From: Clostridia bacterium
GTDB lineage: Bacteria; Bacillota; Clostridia; HGM11514
DNA length: 63,073 nt
Reading direction: 5' to 3'
NCBI GenBank assembly: GCA_034186235.1
Contig: JAXGBA010000075.1
Location: 1-63,073, forward strand
The translations under genes were made by a program, and so were the position numbers. Shown piece after piece: positions 1-10,000 of the stretch. The notes beneath the pieces are model-generated. The model saw nothing but the letters and a program-made list of their open reading frames with translations, was not told the origin of the DNA and did no database searches. Each line of letters opens with the position of its first letter. Within the stretch, counting starts at the first letter, position 1.

Positions 1-3000
1 CGTTCGGCATTTCGAACGGAGCGTCAAAAATTACAGTTAAACCTTGCTGGCTTTGGGCTTCGGGAAGTCTCCGCACTCCGGCGGATATTGATAATAAGTT
101 CATAGCAACCACAACCCCCGGAGAGTGGTACACGACCGTTATCGATGTTGATTCGGCAAGCGGAACATATAATATGAAGATAACCGATTCGGCCGGAAAG
201 GAATTGAGCATAGGCGAAGGCGGAAAGAACCGAAACCTCAAAGAGGGAACGGACACATCTGCTTACCGCTTAAACAGCATAAGCTTTACGGGCTGCTTTA
301 ACACCGTAAATTCGGAATTTTCGCTTGATTATGTGAAGATTTATAAGCAGGCAAACAAGCCCGTGGCAAAAAATGCCCGTATAACAGGCGTTGCGATGGA
401 GGGGCACACCCTTACTGCGGAGGCGGATTTTTGGGACGAGGACGGCGATGAACCTGACGAAGCCGGCTATGTGTGGAAAATCTCGCCCGACAAAAGTGCG
501 TGGACCGTAATTGAAGGTGAAACTTCAAGCACATATGAATGCAAAACCGCAGATATAGGCAAGTACATAGCGGTTGACATTACGCCGAAAAGCAAGGCAG
601 AGCCGAAGGTGGGCGACACCGTAACGGCAGCAACGGAGTTCCCGGTATCTGCAAACAGGACTCCTCCAAAAGCAGAAAACGCAGTGCTTTCCGGCAGCGG
701 CAAAACAGCTGCTCCGCTCACTGTTTCCTACACATATGTAAAGAGCGAGAACGGCGGAAACGAAGGCAAAACGGTATTTTCATGGCAGCAGTCGGAGGAC
801 GGCAGCGCATGGAACGAAATTCCGGGTGAAAACAGAAATGTATTCATTCCTTCGGCTGAATTTGCCGGAAAAAAGATCCGCACAGGTGTAACCCCGGTTG
901 ACGAAAACGGTCTTTCGGGCGAAACCGTATATACAAGCGCAATCGAAATAACTGAAAATACAGACGCCGCAGAGATTTTTATAGCTCCGGACGGAAACGA
1001 TGAAAACTCCGGTACAATCGATGCGCCTTTCAAAACCCTTGACCGTGCAAGGCTCGCCGCAAGGGACCTCAAAAAAATGACAAGCGGCGGCGTTATTGTC
1101 AATATCCGCGGCGGCGAATATGATTTCGGTGAGACCGTTTCTTTCACAAAAGACGACAGCGGTCAGAAGCTCGCACCGATAATCTACCGTGCATACAACG
1201 GCGAAAAGGCAAGCTTTGTCGGTGGCGAAAAAATCGACAATTCCAAGATTTCGACAGTGACCTCCGGCGAGATTTACGATAAGGTAAAAGACCCTCTTGC
1301 AAAACGCAAGCTGATGAAAATCGATCTGGCGGATTATCAGCTTTCCGAGCTTTCGGATTACGGCTATGTTTTTAATTACAATTACAATCCGGTGGAAGTT
1401 ACGGTAAATGATTCTACGCTTACTGTTGCAAGATACCCGAACAATGTGAAAGACAATGCCTATTTAAGCATTACAGATGTCAATACGAAAGGCTTTCAGT
1501 CGCGCAAAACGCCGGTTTCGATGACGGTCTCCGACCCTGATGACAGGATGTCGGGCTGGTCGGAGTCATCAATAAAAGAAATGATGGTTGCAGGATTTTT
1601 CGTATATGACTGGTACTACGCCGCATATAAGGTTGCGTCATTTGATAAACAAACAAAAACCGTAACGACCGAAAACGGAACATATTATGCTCCGAAAAAA
1701 GGCGGAAGAATCTGTTTTCTCAATATTCCGGAGGAAATTGACCGCCCCGGAGAAAGCTACATCGACCGCGAAAACAAAGTGATGTATTTTTATCCCTTCT
1801 GCGATATGGAAAATGCGGATGTTAAGATTTCGCAGCTTAAAGCCTCTATGGTAAAGCTGGAGAGCGCAAATTATATTTCGTTTGAAGGAATCTCATTTGA
1901 AACAACAAGGTCAACCCCGATTTCGGCGGTTTCCTGCAAGGGGCTGACATTTGACGGAGTTCATGTACGCCACACCTCGAACAAGGCGATGAGCTTTTTC
2001 AACTGCACCGATACCGCAGTAAGAAACTGCAATATCTACGATACCGCAGCAGGCGGAGTTATATTCAATTGTGACGATACTCTCCGAAAAACTCTTACGC
2101 CCGACGGAAACATAATCGAAAACAATGTAATTCATGATGTTACAAGGCTTTATTATGTTTATGCTCCGGCGGTTCAGGTCAAGGGTGTGGGCACCGAAAT
2201 CCTTAACAACAAGCTTTACAATTCGCCTCATTCGCTTGCAATATTGGGCGGAAACGATATCCTGTTTCAGCATAACGAGGTGTACAACGCCGTAACCGAC
2301 GGCGGCGACGCAGCAGCGGTTTACTGGGGCAGAAATCCGTCAAATCTCGGGTTTAAAATCCTTGATAATTACTTCCATGATATCGGCAATGCTTACGGTT
2401 CGTACGGAACAGCAGCTGTTTTCTGGGACGACGGTTCGTCCGGACCTTTCGTGTCCGGCAATGTATTTTACCGTGCTACAAATACTTCCGAAAACGGCGG
2501 AACCGCTCCGCTTAACCATGCCCTTAAAACCTACGGCGGACAGTATGCAAAAATCACAAACAACATATTTGTCGATATGCCGGCAGCGTTTAACGGCCAG
2601 GGCTGGAACGGCGGTACCGGCAGCTACTGGGGCGCGGATTCCGAAAGCGAATGGTATCTCTGGGTTTACAACAAGCGTCCGCAGGGCAATGCGGGAATCT
2701 GGGAACTTATCACAAAGGATGTTAATTTTGAGTCGGAAATCTGGAAAAAGCACTATGAAAACACCCAATGGTCATGGCTTTGGGATAAGGTAAGCAGCAA
2801 AAGATACGCGGAGATTGCCGACAAAGACCCGAAAGCCGATAAGGCGGAGCTTAAAAAATGGGCGCAGAAATATATGTCCGACAACCCGACAAATGACTTT
2901 TATAAAAATATTGCCGTGAAAATAACAAATCAAACTGCAGCAATCGCAAGGGCAAACGAAGCCGATACCTATAGGGCGGGAAGCGATATTCTCAGCAGCG

Positions 3001-4352
3001 GGAACAGTATGTTTAAATCGTACGGAAGCGACTTTACGCTTACCGAAGAAGGGCTTGCCGAGGTCAAAAAGGTTATTCCGGACTTCAAAAATGTCGATAT
3101 GACCCTTATGGGCTGCAAGGGGAATGCGGAAGGCGGCAAGCCGACTGTTTCAAACATTTCTTACAATAAGGATTTTGCCGGCGGCTGCTATATGCTTGCT
3201 TATGACTATGCGGATCCCGACGGCGACAGCGAGGGAAAAACAATATATAACTGGTATTCGGCGCAGAGTGAAAACGGAAATTACAGACTCTTAACCTCCT
3301 CTGCCGACAAAGAGCTTCCGATAACGGAAGATATTATCGGAAAGTACGTAAAGTGCAGGGTTCAGCCGCTCGATGTCAGTGGAACATACGGCGATGAGGT
3401 TTATTCCGAGCCTGTAAAAATCGAGAACCCGAAAAATTCCGCACTCAAAGGACTTCTTGTAAATGGAAAGGCGCTTAGCGGATTCAAAAAAGATAAGCTG
3501 AGCTATTCTCTTACGGTGTCCGATGTTCCGGAGATTGCGGCAGAAGCCGAAGAGACTTCGGCAAATGTTGAAATAACAAAGAGTTCCGATGAACTGCCGG
3601 TTACATATACAATCACCGTAACCGCACCGAACGGAAGCGACAGGACGGTTTATACCTTTACAGCAAACAAAAGGCAGGACTCCGGCGATGAACCGCAGAA
3701 GCCTTCGCCGATAACACCCGTAACTCCCGGAGGGGGAGGTGCCGGAGGAGGCGGAGGAGGAGGTTCCAAAACAACCTATACCGCTAATCCTGATGCAAAG
3801 CCCGAAATGCCCGATGCTGAGGAAAAATTCTGCTTTAACGATATAATAAATCATTGGGCAAAGGATTCGGTGATGAAAATGTATGAGCTCGGGCTGGTGA
3901 GCGGAACCTCCGAGACAACTTTTGAGCCTGACAGAAGCATTACAAGGGCTGAATTTGCAGCTTTGATTGCCCGTGCATTGAAGCTTTCGGGAGGCGGTTC
4001 GGAGTTTTCGGATGTCGCGCCCGATAAATGGTATGCGGATGCGGTCAATGCCTGTGCCGAAAAAGGCATAATATCAGGCAATGACGGAATGTTCCGCCCC
4101 TCCGATACGATTACGCGGTTTGAAATGGCGGTTGTAATTGCAAACGCATATTCCTTCCTTAAAAAGGAGGCGCAGACGGGTGCCGCAGAGAAATTTGCAG
4201 ACAAATCCGAATTTCCGGATTGGGCGGCAGATTCTGTGGATGCTTGCGTAAGCGCAGGGCTTTTAAGCGGAATGACCGAAACTGCGTTTGAAGGTCTTTC
4301 CGATACAACGCGTGCACAGGCGGCAACGGTTATACTGAAGCTGATTTTTTAA
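1..4352 (+). CDS. Cell-surface right-handed beta-helix protein with a cadherin-like domain, Gly-rich linker and three C-terminal SLH repeats. The 5' end lies outside the window.
   Basis: Track ORF is 174..4352, but the same frame (codons from nt 3) has no stop back to the window edge (...GEWYTTVIDVDSASGTYNMKITD...), so the M at 174 is internal. Beta-helix-type repeats (NCTDTAVRNCNIYD, NNVIHD, HNEVYN, ILDNYFHD). Entry motif IFIAPDGNDENSGTIDAPFKTLDRA. Cadherin-like sandwich (ALKGLLVNGKAL...YTITVTAPNGSDRTVYTFT). PGGGGAGGGGGGGS linker. SLH-like repeats (FNDIINHWAKDSV, FSDVAPDKWYADAV, FADKSEFPDWAADSV). Confidence 0.85.
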   Translation, partial: FGISNGASKITVKPCWLWASGSLRTPADIDNKFIATTTPGEWYTTVIDVDSASGTYNMKITDSAGKELSIGEGGKNRNLKEGTDTSAYRLNSISFTGCFNTVNSEFSLDYVKIYKQANKPVAKNARITGVAMEGHTLTAEADFWDEDGDEPDEAGYVWKISPDKSAWTVIEGETSSTYECKTADIGKYIAVDITPKSKAEPKVGDTVTAATEFPVSANRTPPKAENAVLSGSGKTAAPLTVSYTYVKSENGGNEGKTVFSWQQSEDGSAWNEIPGENRNVFIPSAEFAGKKIRTGVTPVDENGLSGETVYTSAIEITENTDAAEIFIAPDGNDENSGTIDAPFKTLDRARLAARDLKKMTSGGVIVNIRGGEYDFGETVSFTKDDSGQKLAPIIYRAYNGEKASFVGGEKIDNSKISTVTSGEIYDKVKDPLAKRKLMKIDLADYQLSELSDYGYVFNYNYNPVEVTVNDSTLTVARYPNNVKDNAYLSITDVNTKGFQSRKTPVSMTVSDPDDRMSGWSESSIKEMMVAGFFVYDWYYAAYKVASFDKQTKTVTTENGTYYAPKKGGRICFLNIPEEIDRPGESYIDRENKVMYFYPFCDMENADVKISQLKASMVKLESANYISFEGISFETTRSTPISAVSCKGLTFDGVHVRHTSNKAMSFFNCTDTAVRNCNIYDTAAGGVIFNCDDTLRKTLTPDGNIIENNVIHDVTRLYYVYAPAVQVKGVGTEILNNKLYNSPHSLAILGGNDILFQHNEVYNAVTDGGDAAAVYWGRNPSNLGFKILDNYFHDIGNAYGSYGTAAVFWDDGSSGPFVSGNVFYRATNTSENGGTAPLNHALKTYGGQYAKITNNIFVDMPAAFNGQGWNGGTGSYWGADSESEWYLWVYNKRPQGNAGIWELITKDVNFESEIWKKHYENTQWSWLWDKVSSKRYAEIADKDPKADKAELKKWAQKYMSDNPTNDFYKNIAVKITNQTAAIARANEADTYRAGSDILSSGNSMFKSYGSDFTLTEEGLAEVKKVIPDFKNVDMTLMGCKGNAEGGKPTVSNISYNKDFAGGCYMLAYDYADPDGDSEGKTIYNWYSAQSENGNYRLLTSSADKELPITEDIIGKYVKCRVQPLDVSGTYGDEVYSEPVKIENPKNSALKGLLVNGKALSGFKKDKLSYSLTVSDVPEIAAEAEETSANVEITKSSDELPVTYTITVTAPNGSDRTVYTFTANKRQDSGDEPQKPSPITPVTPGGGGAGGGGGGGSKTTYTANPDAKPEMPDAEEKFCFNDIINHWAKDSVMKMYELGLVSGTSETTFEPDRSITRAEFAALIARALKLSGGGSEFSDVAPDKWYADAVNACAEKGIISGNDGMFRPSDTITRFEMAVVIANAYSFLKKEAQTGAAEKFADKSEFPDWAADSVDACVSAGLLSGMTETAFEGLSDTTRAQAATVILKLIF

Positions 4353-4380
4353 AAATTTATCCTTTATAATTCTTTAAAAT

Positions 4381-4414
4381 TCACCCCTTTATGCAGGTTG
4401 GCATAAAGGGGTGA
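4381..4414. terminator. Bidirectional intrinsic terminator between convergent genes
   Basis: Perfect 14-bp stem tcacccctttatgc / gcataaaggggtga with a 6-nt loop. A/T runs on both sides. Sits between the stops at 4352 (+) and 4424 (-). Confidence 0.75.
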
Positions 4415-4423
4415 GTTTATTTA

Positions 4424-6850
4424 TTATTTAATTTCTTCAATTACCACTTGCTTGTTTGCTCCGTTCCAGGAAACATCGCAGTCGAGCGATTCGGCAATTG
4501 CGCGGACCGGAACAAGCGTTCTCGAATCTACAATTGCAGGCGCTGCGTCAAGCGTAAGCTTTTCATCATTAACCGTCATTTCGGCGTTATCAATCTGCAT
4601 TGTTATTTTCTTGTCCGCACGGGTAGCGGTTATTGTTTTCGTATTGCCGTCCCACGAAACATCTGCACCCAAAGCTTCGAATATAACTCTCATCGGAACC
4701 ATCGTGCGGTCGTTCATAATCACCGGCGGAACATCGGAGCTGAGGCGTGAACCGTTAAGCATAATTGTAATCTCATCGGTCTGCGCCGGCTCGGAAGAAT
4801 CGGGTATTTCGGTATTCCTTGTATATTCGTATCTTCCGATTTCGCCGAACGGAATCTGCTTGAAGTCGGGCAGAAGCTGCCTTATAACTCCGTCCTCTTT
4901 GATTGAAAAGTCTTTATTTCTGTAGTCTGTAAATGCGTTTTTGTCAGTGATTTCCACATTGTTTTCAACCGTTCCGTATTCCGAAACAAGCTTGTTTATG
5001 CGCATTTCGGGCGTTCCGTACAGAACATTGTTTCTTATAACATTGTATTTCGGTATGCCCGGGTTATCGGACTCGAGGTTCATAAGCTCCGGATATTTCT
5101 GCGCCCAGATGTCGGTATGCCAGTTGATTTTGTTGGCATTGCTCATTGCCGCATTCGGGTTTTTGTAGTTTTCGGCTCTTGCGTCCATAACAAACGGCTT
5201 TGCGTTATCTATCATAAGATTGTTCTCAAATGTATTTTTTCGTCCGCCGCCGTAGAGCGCAACCGAATCGCAGCGATAGAAAACATTTCCGTAAACATTC
5301 GTCTGCGAGCTCATGTCGTCAAGATAAACCGCCTGCATCTGCATACCGGTGTTCGTGTCAATCATTGTGAGGTCATGGAAATAGTTATATCTTATTTCAT
5401 TTCCCCATGTGTTGTAATATCTTCCGGAGTACACTGCGCCGGAGTCCGAAGTATCGGTGCAAACCCTGTAAAATTCACAGTATTCGATAATCGAATCGTT
5501 TGAATCATACCTTATCGCAAAGTGCGGTGCGTCGTTAATTTCGCAGTGCGAAACGGTTGTTGCAACATCCATGTACATATGTATTCCGGGGCAGTATGTT
5601 GCACGGTACTGCGAATATCTTTCGATATGGCAGTTGGTGATTTTCGTGTTGCCGGGGGTAAGGGTTTCCCTGTCGCCACACTTATACACATATATTCCCC
5701 AGGAGCCGACATCGTGAATGTGAGTGTTCTCAACGGTTGTGTTAAGGCACTCGTTAAGATAAATAACCGTATCGCCTATTGCGGTGAATTCGCAGTCATT
5801 TATTGTAAGACCATCCGCCTTGTCCGCACGGATTGCGCTTTTTTCGGTGCCTTCAAATTTTATTCCTTCTATGGTAACATTCTTTGCGCCGTTTATATCT
5901 ATAAAGTCCGCATCATGCGCCGAGAATACCAGGCTTTCGCCGTCCTTGAACCCTTCCGGAGGGATAAGATAAAGAATGCCTTCGGTGCGGTCAATATAGT
6001 ATTCGCCCGGAACATCAAGCTCTTCCAAAAGATTGAAGAACTTGACGCGCCTGTCGGGAACAACATCGGATGCCGCATAGGTTGTAACTACACCTGTTTT
6101 TTCATCGATTTCCGCAGGAGCAATCGCTTCCATCCAGTCGTGCTGATAATAACCGAACGCCCATATATCCTTTGCTGCCGTCCACTTTTTGGTGCGGGCA
6201 TCGTTCACATTGAACTTGATTAGGCCGTCATCGTCCTTTTTTTGAATAATTGTGGTTGTGTAGCAGTAGTCGCCGTTGGGATACTCGGAAATCGTAAGAT
6301 AACGGTCGTTATATGTAAGGGCGGGAGCAAATCCTCTGTCAACACCCTTTACGAAAGAGTTTGAAGGGTCATAGCCGCCGTCATCCGATGCACCCATAAA
6401 GCCCTGGACTTTAATTTCACCGAAATCAGTTATTCCAAGCTCCTTAAGGTCCGCACGGACAACCGAATTTTTGCCTTTGCCTTCAACAATTCTCGAAAGA
6501 ACTGCTTCATCGGTCACCTTTTCAAATGCGGAATACGGAATCTTCTCGCCTCCGGTAACCGTAACCTTGCCGTTTGCAACAATGTGTAGATCTGAAATCG
6601 AAGAATCAAGTTCAATCGTATCGCCGGCCTCGTAAGCGCCCTCGTTCATCACAATGTATGCACCGGGGGTTGATTTTGCCCTTTTTACAGCCTCGCCGAG
6701 CGTTGCCAGAGGGCTGTCCTTGCCGCCGTTTGCACTGTCGCTTCCGTTTACCGAAACATAGAAAACCGACGCAATATCGGCAAACGCCGTTATGCAGCCT
6801 GCAAGCATTGCAAGTGTAATCAGAATTGCAACAATTTTTTTCATAATCAT
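4424..6850 (-). CDS. Secreted right-handed beta-helix protein with C-terminal copper-amine-oxidase-N-like (stalk) repeats
   Basis: 808-aa ORF. Signal peptide MIMKKIVAILITLAMLAGCITAFA. FYVSVNGSDSANGGKDSPLATLGEAV entry motif paralogous to the flanking gene. Beta-helix repeats (NVTIEGIKFEG, LTINDCEFT, VENTHIHD, ITNCHIE, VSHCEIND, IIEYCEF). Two C-terminal repeats (MNDRTMVPMRVIFEALGADVSWDG / VDSRTLVPVRAIAESLDCDVSWNG) typical of the copper amine oxidase N-terminal-like domain. Confidence 0.85.
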   Translation of the reverse strand: MIMKKIVAILITLAMLAGCITAFADIASVFYVSVNGSDSANGGKDSPLATLGEAVKRAKSTPGAYIVMNEGAYEAGDTIELDSSISDLHIVANGKVTVTGGEKIPYSAFEKVTDEAVLSRIVEGKGKNSVVRADLKELGITDFGEIKVQGFMGASDDGGYDPSNSFVKGVDRGFAPALTYNDRYLTISEYPNGDYCYTTTIIQKKDDDGLIKFNVNDARTKKWTAAKDIWAFGYYQHDWMEAIAPAEIDEKTGVVTTYAASDVVPDRRVKFFNLLEELDVPGEYYIDRTEGILYLIPPEGFKDGESLVFSAHDADFIDINGAKNVTIEGIKFEGTEKSAIRADKADGLTINDCEFTAIGDTVIYLNECLNTTVENTHIHDVGSWGIYVYKCGDRETLTPGNTKITNCHIERYSQYRATYCPGIHMYMDVATTVSHCEINDAPHFAIRYDSNDSIIEYCEFYRVCTDTSDSGAVYSGRYYNTWGNEIRYNYFHDLTMIDTNTGMQMQAVYLDDMSSQTNVYGNVFYRCDSVALYGGGRKNTFENNLMIDNAKPFVMDARAENYKNPNAAMSNANKINWHTDIWAQKYPELMNLESDNPGIPKYNVIRNNVLYGTPEMRINKLVSEYGTVENNVEITDKNAFTDYRNKDFSIKEDGVIRQLLPDFKQIPFGEIGRYEYTRNTEIPDSSEPAQTDEITIMLNGSRLSSDVPPVIMNDRTMVPMRVIFEALGADVSWDGNTKTITATRADKKITMQIDNAEMTVNDEKLTLDAAPAIVDSRTLVPVRAIAESLDCDVSWNGANKQVVIEEIK

Positions 6851-7092
6851 TTCTCCTTTTATGCTTTTTTATCATTATACCTTTTTATGCACTTAAAAGT
6901 CAACTGTTTTAAAACTGTAATATTAAAAAACACATATTTAATAGCAAATAATGCATTTATTGATCAACTCTCACCGGGTTTTAGGCAAAGTGCACAAAAA
7001 CATGGTGTTTCTTTTGTGCAAATTGCGAATTGTATCAGTTTTTGATTTGATGTATAATTAATCTATAAATTTAAATAAGGAGAGAATTCAAC

Positions 7093-10000
7093 ATGAGGAA
7101 AATTGCAGCAATGATACTGTCCGTACTTATAGCTTTATCCTGCGTTTTTGCGGTTTCCGTAAATGCGGATACACAGTACGGGCTTGACAACTATCTTGAC
7201 ACAACCAAGGATTTGACCGTCGCCTTCTTAGGCGGCTCAATAACGGAAGGAGCAGGCGCAACCAAAGTGGGCGACCTACCCGCTACTTCATTTCGCTACT
7301 CAACGCTGATAACAAACGAATTTTTTCAGAAAACTCGTACAAACGGCGCTAAAGTTACCGAAATCAACGGCGGCGTCGGCGGAACGGGCGCAGCTTTCGG
7401 GCTCCAGCGAATCAATAAGGATATTACATATGCAAATCCCGACATTGTGTTCGTTGAATTTGCGGTAAACGATTCAAACACTGCAGAGGGACCGCTCAAA
7501 AACAGTATGGAAAACATAGTTCGCCAGCTGCAGAGGCATCCGAAGGTTCCGGAAATAATATTCCTTTACACAACCTGCATTGAGCACGAAAATGTTAAGC
7601 GTGCGGCATCTTATATGAGCCAGGTTGCAAAAGCATATAATATTCCCGAAATCGACCTTAATGCCTTCATCTGGGACGGCGTTGAAAAAGGCGAATATGT
7701 ATGGAATAAGGAAGATAAAGAAAACACGCTGACAGGCGATAATACCCACCCAAACAACAAAGGTTACAGGGTTTACGCTGACAGAATGATTGAAGTTATG
7801 AGCAGGGACGGATTTTTTAAGAGAAACACCGTTCTGGAAAACCCTCTTTTTTACACTTCCGTAACCGAGCACCCTATCTGCGTTGACACAAACGCCGGAA
7901 ACGGATATACCTCGGAAGACAGAATTGTAAGGGCAAATTATAAAACCGCAGCAGAGGAAGGGCTTTCCTCAGGATACACTCTTGCAGACGCTGCCGCAAA
8001 ACTGACCGCCGACAATATGCTCATAACAGACGGCGACTGGGCTGATACCAATACGGTAAGCGACGGCACATACAGTTCAAACGTCGGAAAGCACATGGAT
8101 ATACTGTCGGTTTCAAGCAAAGCCGGTTCAAAAATGTACTACAGGTTTACCGGAACGGCGTTCGGTATATTCGGTGCAAACGGCCCCAAGGGCGGCAATC
8201 TTGTTACAAACATTTACAAAGCGAATGATCTTACAAAGGTTTACAAAACCGCAACAATCGGAAGATACCAGAATATTACCTATTATAAGCCCTCGGGCAA
8301 TTATTCGTTCTCCGGTCTGCCTTTCGATACATATATTGTTGAAATGACAACTGCTGCAGGATCTACGGGAGGTGCAATGTACGGGATAGGGTATTTCCTT
8401 GTAGATGACGCAAAGCCTACCGTTAAGCCGCAGGCGCTTAATGCGGCTTTGACCGGTGATACATTCACAGGCGGTAAGCTTACGGTTTCGTTTACCTATA
8501 AAGGAAACTCGATTTCTGCCGGAACACACAAATATGAATGGCTGTCCTCGGATAAATTCAACGGCAGTTTTTCTGTTATCGGTACCGGCAAGGAATATAC
8601 CGTTGCCGAAAGCGACAGCGACAAATATATCAAATGCAGAATAACCCCTGTAAATGCTTATGATTTTAAGGGGACACCCGTTGATACCGAAATCGTCAAA
8701 ATTGCGGCAAAATCAATGGCTTTCATATCCAAACAGGGCGATTTTGAAGGCGAAACAACCGCTTTTGAAAATATCTCAAAATCGGCAGGCGGTATGAGCG
8801 GTACAACCGCAGCGTCGGCTGACGGTTCGTTAAAAACTGCGGCGTTCCCGGTTCGCAGCGGATATACATATTATTATTCCGTATTTGTAAAGCCGGAAAC
8901 CGACATGACCGCAGCCATAAAAGTAAACCGCAATTCTTCGTCCGTGTCCTCCGAAACGGCTTCCGCAAAAGCAGGAGTGTGGACAAGACTTACATTTACC
9001 GATAAGGTTTCCGCAGACGACCCTGCCGCCGCGGCAGAACTCACACTCGGCGGAAAAGCGATGGTTGACGATTTTATGTGCGTTGAGGTTAAGGACAGCG
9101 ATGCGAAGTCCGATGTTCTCCCCATGATTTGCAACCTCTCTGCAAGCTATGACACGGAAACACTCGGCGTCGGCACAACAATAACCGTAAACGCAGAACG
9201 TTATGATGTCAACCCTTCGGCGGATACGCCATCGCTTTCTTATAAGTGGCAGATTTCCGAGGATGATGGGTTTAGCTGGACGGATATTTCAGACGGCGTT
9301 TCGTACAAAATCACCGCAGATGTTATTGGAAAATATCTGAGAGCCGCTGCAATTGCCAAAAATACAACCTCCGAAGGTTTTGAAAAAACCGATGAGGAGT
9401 ACTATAAATTAAGAATCAGCAAATATGGCGATATTATGTATTATAATGACGCTAATACAAAAGCGTCTGTGGAAAGCTTCACCACAAGATTTCCGAACAT
9501 TGCAAAGGTTTCATATGATGAAGCCGCAGGCATAGCCGGAAGCGGCGCAGCGGTTGTAACAAGGACCAAAGCAACAACCGGAATTTCGGCTAACGACCGC
9601 TCCGACAGGTTCAACCAGCGCAGTTATAATTTCAAGCCAGGCTACACATATTTTATGTCGATATGGGCTAAAAAGACGAGGGAAGATTTGCAGACATCAA
9701 TCGGATTCTATCTTATTCCCGCAAACTCAAAACCCTACGTATTCTCCGGTAAGAAAGGTACCGGAACAAATCTTACGACAGATCTCGGCGGGGCCGGAAA
9801 ATGGATAAATACCTCCATGGGGGACTTTACGACAGCTTGGACAAGATACTCTCTTGGCTATAAAATTGAAGGAATCACACTTGACGGCGAACCGCAGAGC
9901 AACTCGGGAGGAATAACCTCATTTACCGTTACAATGAGCGGCAGCGGCGGTACGGCAGGCGATTACCCCGAAAACGCACCAATTTCCGAAAGCAATCCGG

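Noticed and set aside
6991-7020. 9-bp inverted repeat tgcacaaaa-N12-ttttgtgca upstream of the SGNH gene as an operator
   Set aside because: It is an isolated AT-rich palindrome with no adjacent regulator gene and no second copy in the window. Not enough to call.
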